Source: Acidimicrobiia bacterium (GTDB taxonomy: Bacteria > Actinomycetota > Acidimicrobiia > Spongiisociales > ZC4RG35). Taken from it: a stretch of 64,000 nt of DNA. The position numbers and the translations under genes are program-made. Each line of letters begins with the position of its first letter. The stretch's first letter is position 1. The DNA is taken from assembly GCA_965215185.1 (NCBI GenBank), contig OZ244034.1, positions 448,001-512,000 on the forward strand, given 5' to 3'. Shown here piece by piece: positions 56,680 through 64,000 of this stretch. A model generated the notes under the pieces. The model searched no databases, was not told where the DNA came from, and saw only the letters and a list, made by a program, of their open reading frames with translations.

Positions 56680-57075
56680 AGTGCCCCTGGGACACTGCAC
56701 TCACAGCGCTCCATGGGGTATCGCGTGACTGTTGGTGGATGATGTTGGTAAGCGCAGCGTGGCAGATGGAACGGGCTGACCGCGGTTGGGAGCGCCAAGC
56801 ATAGAAACCGGACTCTCACTTCTAATACTCGACACGCCACCTGGATGGGTAGTCCTTCGGTTCTCATGGTCTGGATCACTGCGAAGCGTCTTTTGGGGAC
56901 ACCACCTTGGTTTTCAGCAGTTCTATGGCCCGTTTCGCGGCGGGCAGCCACCGGTTCCGCCTGTTCCTCCGAAGTGGAACCCGGTTCGACACCGCGGTCG
57001 ATTTGGGCTTGACGTCGCCAGTTAGACCGTCTGGTCTCACACCCAAGATCGGCTGACAAAGACGCCACCGACCCA
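56680..57075 (-). mobile_element. IS3-family transposase relic (orfA/orfB junction)
   Basis: [10 protein letters not shown]...NWRRQAQIDRG..PG.TSEE.AE..AARR, then PKRRFAVIQTM...GLPIQVACRVLEV; degraded. Boundaries are approximate. Confidence 0.7.
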
Positions 57076-57335
57076 CCAACCTTGACATCTACTTCTGCGA
57101 CCCCCAAGCACCATGGCAGCGTGGAACCAACGAGAACACCAACGGTTTGCTCCGCCAGTACTTCCCGAAAGGCACCGATCTCAGCAGACACTCCCGGGAC
57201 GACCTCGACGCTGTCGCCGCAGCTCTAAACAGCCGACCCCGCAAAACCCTGGATTGGAAGACCCCCGCCGAGACCCTCAACGAACACCTACACTCTCTCA
57301 AACAAGGCAGTGTTGCGACGACCCCTTGAACCTGA
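57076..57335 (+). mobile_element. IS30-family transposase C-terminal relic with its right end
   Basis: [33 protein letters not shown]...[16 protein letters not shown]; end sequence tgttgcgacgaccccttga. Confidence 0.9.
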
Positions 57336-57338
57336 GCC

Positions 57339-57614
57339 AGCTACCGGAGGTTGGTGTGGTCGCCGGACAGTTCACGGCTGGTGTGCAACACACCACATGT
57401 GGACGAGGCCTCCCTGGTCTTTCTTGACCTTTCCAAGGGGGAGACGTTGAGTGTGCCCGTGGGGTGGGCACGAAAGGCGGTGTGGTCACCCGACAGCACC
57501 GGAGTGGCCTGCCACACAGACAGCGGGTTGTTCATCATTGCCGCAGGCGATGGGCGAATACACAGGGTCGTTTCCGACGGCAACATAGCGGACATTAGTT
57601 GGGTAGCAGGCTGA
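57339..57614 (+). pseudogene. C-terminal fragment of a TolB/PD40-like beta-propeller protein
   Basis: Two WSPDS repeats and a terminal ISW; the 5' part is replaced by the IS30 end. Confidence 0.6.
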
Positions 57615-57714
57615 CCCACCGGCGGCCGCCTTACCTCCATCAGAGACAAACCAGGTGCCAAGGGCTAGGCTGGCGTCCCCTTCGTCGCCCCTGTCCTCAG
57701 GCAAACCGGGATGA

Positions 57715-57885
57715 ATTGATTCGACACACCCAAGATACTCCGCGAGGGACGCCACGGACCTGCCGGCTGCAAGCCGGTCCAACACTTTGCAACGGTACTC
57801 GGGCGGATGTCGATAAGGCATGACAAACCACTACCGTTCGGCAACACCTCGCGCGGCTAAGTCCGGGGTCGGCAACTGTCCAGCA
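57715..57885 (-). mobile_element. Second IS3-family relic (left end and orfA N-terminus)
   Basis: MPYRHPPEYRCKVLDRLAAGRSVASLAEYLG; homologous to 57038-57073. Confidence 0.65.
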
Positions 57886-58344
57886 GACCGCTAACACAAC
57901 TGGCATGGCGCACACAGCAGGCAACGACCAGCGCGAGCGCTCACTTGTGGGTGTGACGACCGCCGGCGCGGAACTCTGAATAACGGGTAGTGGGCCAGTT
58001 TGACTCTCTGATCTCCGGCTTTACCCAGCAAAGCGACCCGAGTGGGGTTCCTCACCTTCGGGTTGGCCCCGCCGGTTGCATGCCCCAACCCTAAGAAGCT
58101 ACCTACGGCCAGGAAACGGTGCTCACCTATCTCACCTACGTGTCCACCGGAAACTCCACAACCGGGTACGCCCAAGTGAAACCCTAACCAAAACGGTTTG
58201 GCTAAGAACTAAAACACGCTTCAAGTATCGTCGGAGTCGTTGGTTCCGCCGGGCATTTCCGTTTCGCCTCCCACATGAATGTACCCACTCACGCGAGCAT
58301 CGCCGAACACCCGAGCATCCGCGAACACCTCGGCATGGCGAACA

Positions 58345-58865
58345 CCCCTCCCGGTGTGGGTGGGACGGGCCGGATGGTCCAAGCAAGGGGGCTTCGAGTT
58401 GTACTTGCTTGATCGCCGCCGGGCATCATCCCGGGTGCACCCAACAACGCCGAGCGTATAGAGAGTTTTCTCTTGTCCTACTGGGGTGACACTCCTGACG
58501 ACGTTGATCCTTTTGAGGCGAGACTGGAGCGTTTTCTGGATCTGGACTCGGGTATCGATTTCATCGGCAGGGATGCTCTGCTGCAAAAGGGGGCCGATGG
58601 TCTGAAGCGACAGTTGGTGGGTGTGTGGATCGAAGGCCCTGACATGGGGGCTCTGGAGCACCCTTGGCTGGTGACGGCAGGAGCCAAACCGGTGGGGAGC
58701 GTACGGGCCGCAGCCTGTTTACCGAGGCTGGCACGCAATATCGGATTGGCATTGATTGACGTCCCCCACAATCGGACAGGCACGGCTTTGACGGTTCACC
58801 ATCCCACTGGTCCCCGTGACGTCGAAGTGGCTGATCTACCACCCTGCAGCCCCGGCCGACTCTGA
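58345..58865 (+). pseudogene. GcvT-family aminomethyltransferase relic, DmdA-like C-terminal half
   Basis: GRAGWSKQGGFELYL, then a deletion/frameshift, then SYWGD...DPFEARL.RFLDLD...FIGRDAL...LKRQLVGV. Confidence 0.7.
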
Positions 58866-58904
58866 CACATAGGACATCGGGGCCTTCGCCGACAGCCCGT
58901 TTAG

Positions 58905-60182
58905 TTGGCGGCTAATGTCTTGGTCGTGCCTGAGTTAACTGCCCTTGAACATGATGTGCTTTCCTATTTGGAAGACACCGCATCCGAACAATTGGCGTTC
59001 GCCCGAGAGCTGATTGCCACCCCCAGTCCGAATCCACCCGGTGATGAGCGGGCGGTGGCTGCCATGGTGCGAGAGCGGCTGGAACGGCTGGGAATCACCG
59101 ACATAACAGAGTTAGCCGTGGTGTCCGAGCGTCCCAATCTGGTGGTGAGGATTCCCGGCGCCGGGGACGGACCCAGTCTTATTCTGTCCGGGCACCTGGA
59201 CACCAAGCCGGCGGGGGACATGGCCCGCTGGGAGACGGATCCCTGGGATCCCGTGATTCGCAACGGCGACCTCTTCGGGCTCGGTTCGGGGGACATGAAA
59301 GTAGCGGTGGCCGCCATGGTGTACTCGGCGGCGGCGCTCTCCCGTACGACGGGATGGCCGGGCGAACTCCAACTGGTGTTCACTGCCGACGAGGAGGCAG
59401 GTTCTACTTTGGGCTCCAAGTGGATGGCCAAAGAGGGATACCTGCGGGCGGATGCGGCCATCATCGGCGAGCCGTGTGGGGTGGTGGCCGAATGGGAGAA
59501 CATCGGGGTGGTTTCCCGGGGTGGGGTGCTCTTCAAGGTGGAGGTGATAGGCACCCAGATGCATTCCAGCGTCTCCGACCGGTTCGATCCGATCAACGCC
59601 ACCGTGGAGATGGCCTGGCTCATCCAGAGGATGCACACTCAGATGAAGGGCTACTTGACTTACGAACCCCATCACCTGGGTGGCTCCGGTCCAACTGTGA
59701 ATGTAGGGGTGATGTCGGAGTCAGGGGTTTTCTACGGCGTATATCCGGGGAACGGTTGGTTCGCCTGTGATATCCGTACAGTTCCCGGAATGACCGTGGA
59801 GAGCGTCACTGCCGACCTACATCGTTTTCTGGACGATGCGATGGCCGAAAACCCACGCCTGCAGGCCGCGTTGAAAATGGAGGGAGGGATCGAAGCTACT
59901 GAGATTTCCTTTGATCATCCGGTAGTGAGCGCCATTCAGCACGCTTCCTCCCATGTGTTGAGAAAACGGCTGGCCCCGGCCATATTCCCCGGCGCCACCG
60001 ACGCCTACAGCTTTCAGGCCACGGCCGGCATCCCTTCGATAGCGGCTTTCGGACCCGGTTATCTACCCCGTGCTCACTCACCCAACGAACACCTGGCAGC
60101 CACCGGCGTGTACGAAGCCTCTCGCATATACGCCCTGGCCGCCCTGCGTTACCTCACCGACACTGAACGGGAAGGGATCTGA
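58905..60182 (+). CDS. M20 family (ArgE/DapE-like) deacylase
   Basis: SPNPPGDE, SGHLDTKP, GLGSGDMK, ADEEAG, GEP, GATD, FGPG....AHSPNE. Confidence 0.9.
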   Translation: MAANVLVVPELTALEHDVLSYLEDTASEQLAFARELIATPSPNPPGDERAVAAMVRERLERLGITDITELAVVSERPNLVVRIPGAGDGPSLILSGHLDTKPAGDMARWETDPWDPVIRNGDLFGLGSGDMKVAVAAMVYSAAALSRTTGWPGELQLVFTADEEAGSTLGSKWMAKEGYLRADAAIIGEPCGVVAEWENIGVVSRGGVLFKVEVIGTQMHSSVSDRFDPINATVEMAWLIQRMHTQMKGYLTYEPHHLGGSGPTVNVGVMSESGVFYGVYPGNGWFACDIRTVPGMTVESVTADLHRFLDDAMAENPRLQAALKMEGGIEATEISFDHPVVSAIQHASSHVLRKRLAPAIFPGATDAYSFQATAGIPSIAAFGPGYLPRAHSPNEHLAATGVYEASRIYALAALRYLTDTEREGI

Positions 60183-60230
60183 GCCGTTTCTCGGGTGCCG
60201 AGCGCCGGGGCCCTATATCGGGACCCAGGA

Positions 60231-60620
60231 GGAGGGAACGAGTTCGCCTGTAAGCCGGATTCTGTGAGGGCCGCTTCCGACCCCCGGTGACCATCCATCT
60301 GGGGGCACCGTTGCCGGTGACCTCATGCGGCTCACCCGGGACGATTCAACGGGCCATTTCGTTCCTGCTTAGCCTTGCTCCGAGTGGGGTTTACCGAGCC
60401 GCCCCGGTTGCCCGGGGCGCTGGTGGTCTCTTACACCACCGTTTCACCCTTACCTGTGCGCTCTTTTCAGAGGCCATCGGCGGTCTGTTCTCTGTGGCAC
60501 TTTCCGTCGGGTCGCCCCGCCTGGGCGTTACCCAGCACCCTGCCCTATGGAGTCCGGACTTTCCTCAAGCGTCGAGAGTAAACCCGCCGCCCGCGGCCAC
60601 CCGGCGAACTCGTTCCCTCC
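60231..60620 (-). ncRNA. rnpB: RNase P RNA (type A)
   Basis: The minus strand has GAGGAAAGTCCGGACTC, GGAAAGTGCCACAGA, AAGGGTGAAACGGTGGTGTAAGAGACCACC, GGTAAACCCCACTCGGAGCAAG and ACAGAATCCGGCTTA. Terminal 18-bp complementarity (P1) between 60231-60248 and 60603-60620. Confidence 0.97.
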
Positions 60621-60708
60621 ATATGATATGTTCACCTTTGCCGCAACGCTGTGGGGTTGGAGAGAGGGAGACTGGATTTGGTTTGGGTGGTACTCCGTGG
60701 ACGCTCGG

Positions 60709-61095
60709 TCAACGGCGGCCGGTCCACCATCCGGCCAGGCCGCCGAAGACTGTTCCTAGGGCTGCTGCTGAGAGGACTTGCAGGGATGTGACGTTGGCTC
60801 CTCCACTGGCGGCAAGCATGACCAGGGCTGCGACTATCAGCAGTCCGGTCAGCGACCCGTGGAAACGCTGGCTCACCGCGACTGATCGCCCGGACACCCA
60901 TCCACCCACCAGGACCCCTACCACTAAACCCGCCACCGCCCCACCACCGCGACTGTCAGCACTTCCGAAGCCGGGAAACACTTCCCATCCGAGAGCGCCC
61001 AGCCACCATTCGATCAGGGTTACGAATGCCACCGCCAGCAGTCCCACCGCGGTCCCCATCACCAGTGCCCGCAACCTGATTCGTGGAATTATCAC
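60709..61095 (-). CDS. Four-TM Gly-rich membrane protein (TIGR04086-like)
   Basis: GGWVSGR.V....RFHGSLTG...GGLAGWW; four hydrophobic helices. Confidence 0.65.
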   Translation of the reverse strand: MIIPRIRLRALVMGTAVGLLAVAFVTLIEWWLGALGWEVFPGFGSADSRGGGAVAGLVVGVLVGGWVSGRSVAVSQRFHGSLTGLLIVAALVMLAASGGANVTSLQVLSAAALGTVFGGLAGWWTGRR

Positions 61096-61190
61096 CCTTT
61101 TCGCCTCTCTGTTGGACGTTGGCCCTCAACCTGTAAGTTGAGAAAGGTAAAGTCTTGCATTGTTCATCGTATAGGCAGGAGGACAGTTCT

Positions 61191-61823
61191 ATGAAGCAGT
61201 CGTACGTCGCCGAGTTAATCGGAACCTTCATTTTGGTGGCAATGGGATCGATGGCTGCCCTTGCCTCAGGGGGGAATCTGCTGATCGTCGCATTCGGCTT
61301 TGGGTTTGCTCTAATGATCGCTCTCTATGCGGTCGGCCACATCTCCGGGGGACATTTCAACCCTGCAGTCAGCTTGGCAATGCGTCTGGGGGGCGCCCTC
61401 CGCACCTCCGACATGATCGGATACTGGGTTGCCCAGGTGGTGGGTGCAGTGCTGGCCTCCTTGGCAGTGCTGGCCATGCTGGGATCGGATGCGGTGGCCG
61501 ACACGATGAACACCTTCGCGGATGCGGGGCCGGCTTTCGGCGCGGAGATCCTTCTCACCGGCGCCTTTGTGTTGGTGATCATGGTGGTGGGTAGCCAAAA
61601 CCTTGGGCACGCCCGGACTGTGATATCCCTGGCTCTGGTCGGAATCCATCTGGCCGGGGTCCACATTTCCGGTGCGTCGGTCAACCCGGCCCGCTCGCTG
61701 GGCCCGGCGTTGGTGGCCGGTGACTTGAGCGACATGTGGCTGTATATCGTGGCTCCGTTGATCGGTGCGGCGGTGGCTTGGCTGATCACCAAAGTGGCGC
61801 GCACCGAAGCGGTCGACGCTTAG
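61191..61823 (+). CDS. aqpZ: Aquaporin (MIP family)
   Basis: AELIGTF, ISGGHFNPAVS and SVNPARSLGPA (two NPA motifs); SD AGGAGG. Confidence 0.88.
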   Translation: MKQSYVAELIGTFILVAMGSMAALASGGNLLIVAFGFGFALMIALYAVGHISGGHFNPAVSLAMRLGGALRTSDMIGYWVAQVVGAVLASLAVLAMLGSDAVADTMNTFADAGPAFGAEILLTGAFVLVIMVVGSQNLGHARTVISLALVGIHLAGVHISGASVNPARSLGPALVAGDLSDMWLYIVAPLIGAAVAWLITKVARTEAVDA

Positions 61824-61835
61824 AGGAGTCCGGCG

Positions 61836-62846
61836 ATGGACTGGTCCGAAGTCCTCGGAAAACTGACAACCGGTGTGGATTTGAGCCGCGCCGAAGCGCG
61901 GGCAGCTTTGAACGACATCATGAGTGGTGGAGCAACTGCCGCTCAGACTTCGGCCTTCATAATCTCCCTCCGCATCAAGGGCGAGACCGCTGAAGAGATG
62001 GCGGGGCTGGTAGAGACGATGAGGGCGGTGGCCGTCACGGTTTCCATCGGGGAGGCGGTGGTGGACACGGCCGGCACCGGAGGCGACCGCTCCGGCACCT
62101 TCAATATCTCCACAACTGCTGCCCTGATAGCAGCAGGGGCGGGGGCCAAAGTGGCGAAACACGGCAACCGGTCGGCCTCTTCCCAATGTGGATCGGCAGA
62201 TGTGCTGGAGGCGCTGGGAGTGGGGATCGAACTGGCGCCGGAACAAACCGCAGAGATGGTGCGTGAAGCCGGATTCGGGTTCTTTTTTGCTCCTCGTTAT
62301 CACCCGGCAATGAAATACGTGGTCCCCATTCGCCGACAACTGGGTATACCCACTGTCTTCAATTTTCTGGGACCGCTGACCAATCCGGCGGGCGCCACCC
62401 GTCAGCTGATAGGGGTGTACGACAGCCGGATGGCCGAAAGGATGATCGGAGTGCTATCTCGCCTGGGAACCGAACGCGTCTTGGTAGTCCATGCCGACGA
62501 CGGGCTGGATGAAGTGTCCGTTTCGGGACCTACTCGCGGCTTCGAACTATTAGAAGGACGGATATCCCCCGTTGTGCTGGTTCCAGAGGATTTCGGTGTG
62601 ACTGCGTCGGATGTCTCCGCGTTGGTGGGCGGCGATGCCGAAACGAACGCCCGGATCCTACGTTCGGTGCTCTCGGGCGAGGTGGGCCCCCGCAGAGATG
62701 CGGCGGTAGTTAACGCCGCGGTCACCCTGATGGTGGCCGGATTGGCGGAAACTCCGGTGGAAGGGGCGCGGTTGGCGGCCGGGTCTATTGATTCGGGAGC
62801 GGCGGACCAGGTACTCAACCAGGTAATCGCACTCAGCAGTGTGTGA
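61836..62846 (+). CDS. trpD: Anthranilate phosphoribosyltransferase
   Basis: DTAGTGGD...TFNIST, KHGNRSASS..GSADVLE, HPAMK, FNFLGPLTNP, DGLDE. Confidence 0.97.
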   Translation: MDWSEVLGKLTTGVDLSRAEARAALNDIMSGGATAAQTSAFIISLRIKGETAEEMAGLVETMRAVAVTVSIGEAVVDTAGTGGDRSGTFNISTTAALIAAGAGAKVAKHGNRSASSQCGSADVLEALGVGIELAPEQTAEMVREAGFGFFFAPRYHPAMKYVVPIRRQLGIPTVFNFLGPLTNPAGATRQLIGVYDSRMAERMIGVLSRLGTERVLVVHADDGLDEVSVSGPTRGFELLEGRISPVVLVPEDFGVTASDVSALVGGDAETNARILRSVLSGEVGPRRDAAVVNAAVTLMVAGLAETPVEGARLAAGSIDSGAADQVLNQVIALSSV

Positions 62847-62941
62847 TAACCCCAGAGTGGGCACCACTGGCTGAACCCGGGATACGCTGAAGTGTTTCAC
62901 AAAAGGGGTAATGTCTGATCACTCACCTATACTTTTCCAAT

Positions 62942-63631
62942 ATGAAACGCGGCGGGCGCTGGTCAAAGATAGCCGGGTTGCTGCTGGTGGCGATGGTTGC
63001 ATCCTCCTGCGGTGGTGGGGATTCGGGCAGCAGTGAAACGGCGGAGACTGTCGCTGCGGTAACCAGCCCCCCTGAAACCACCACCCCAACCACCTCCGCG
63101 GCGACAGCTGGCACCGCGGCAGTTACCGAAAATTCGCAAGCCGTGCCTGAAACCACCGCTGCCCCCAACTCGACCGCGGCTGAGCCTGCCACCACCACCA
63201 CCGCTGAACCTCTCGGTCCGCCCGCTCCGGATTTCACTTTGGAGTTGGCCAACGGTGGTACGTTCGTTCTCTCGGAGCACACGCAGCCGGTGGTGGTTTT
63301 CTTCTGGGCTGAGTGGTGACCGTCCTGCAAGCGGGAGTTGCCCGCTGTCGACCAGTTGGCAGGAGAGTACGAAGGCCGGGTTGTGGTTGTTGCGCCCGCT
63401 TGGAAGTCCAGTTTGGAAAACACCACTAAGGTTGCGGAAACGCTGCTGCCTTCGGGGAAGGTGTTGTGGGGATTAGATGCGACTCAGGAGATTTTCGCCG
63501 CCTACGGTGTCGGAGGTCAGCCGGCCGGGGCGATTGTCGCTGCTGACGGTTCCCTTGTCTCCACTTGGCGCGGAGCCAGGAACCCCGATGCGATCCGGGA
63601 GGTTCTGGACACCCTGTTGGGTGATGCCTGA
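62942..63631 (+). CDS. TlpA/redoxin-family lipoprotein with an in-frame UGA (UxxC), probable selenoprotein, 229 aa
   Basis: ORFs 62942..63319 and 63338..63631 are one frame: APDFTL...PVVVFFWAEW-TGA-PSCKRELP...YGVGGQPA..IV..DG. Lipobox ASSC; hairpin directly after the UGA. Confidence 0.85.
63320..63364 (+). promoter_or_regulatory. Candidate bacterial SECIS element
   Basis: Stem AGCGGG/CCCGCT (63330-35/63341-46) with loop AGTTG starting 16 nt after the UGA; outer pairing TCCTGC/GCAGGA. Confidence 0.65.
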
Positions 63632-64000
63632 TGAGCCGGACAAGGCTTTCCAAACCCGCCGGCCGGGTGATGATGGCCGTTTGGATTCTTTCCGGGTTGG
63701 TGTGGGGCTCTTGCGGATCCGCTGACACTACCCCGCAAGTGGATACCGCTCCTCCCACGACAACCGCTGCATCCCCAACCGAACAGCCGGTGGAGCCACC
63801 TGCTTCCGATGTTGAGGCTCCTCCCGACGAAAGCGAGCCCTCTCCAACCACCGAGGCGGCAGAGGAGGCTTCGTCCACTCCGACTACTATCGCCGCTGAT
63901 GCCTCGGCTGGGACGGCGACGGACAGCGAAGATACTTCTACCGGTGGGGCCGAAACCACCACCACGGTCGCTCCCACAACTACGGTGGTGACTGAAGATA
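63631..64000 (+). CDS. Thr/Ala/Pro-rich putative lipoprotein, partial (runs off the window)
   Basis: ATG overlaps the previous stop (TGATG); MSRTRLSKPAGRVMMAVWILSGLVWGSCGSADTT followed by a low-complexity linker. Confidence 0.65.
   Translation, partial: MSRTRLSKPAGRVMMAVWILSGLVWGSCGSADTTPQVDTAPPTTTAASPTEQPVEPPASDVEAPPDESEPSPTTEAAEEASSTPTTIAADASAGTATDSEDTSTGGAETTTTVAPTTTVVTED

Noticed and set aside
60287-61141. 284-aa ORF and other ORFs overlapping 60231-60620
   Set aside because: These are antisense shadows of RNase P RNA and the membrane-protein gene.

Overview
GC-rich bacterial chromosomal window. It is most likely an actinobacterium of the Acidimicrobiia type, possibly marine or host-associated; this is inferred from gene style, Thr-rich lipoproteins, Calx-beta/FN3 proteins and a DmdA-like relic. 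Housekeeping blocks are mnmA-cysteine desulfurase, dapC-dapD-dapE, gatCAB, pyk, an aspartate aminotransferase, trpD, an aquaporin and RNase P RNA. Accessory loci are: (i) three secreted Calx-beta/Ig-like proteins, each locus headed by a homologous 77-codon ribbon-helix-helix antitoxin-type ORF, one intact with its PIN toxin and one heavily drifted but still coupled directly to the adhesin start; (ii) a tandemly amplified copZ-copZ-copA unit with a fourth relic copy; (iii) an inositol-catabolism cluster with a duplicated SDR gene, one copy carrying a ~3 kb att-flanked phage-like element that holds a tRNA-like fold, Cys-rich microproteins and a nested IR-bounded TnpB/nucleotidyltransferase relic; (iv) a tungstate-type ABC transporter preceded by an unannotated 39-aa membrane peptide; (v) a sugar-type ABC/MBL/Gfo/MlrC catabolic operon followed by IS debris; (vi) a UGA-containing UxxC redoxin lipoprotein with a SECIS-like hairpin, a probable selenoprotein. 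All calls come from manual reading and motif recognition; no database search was run.
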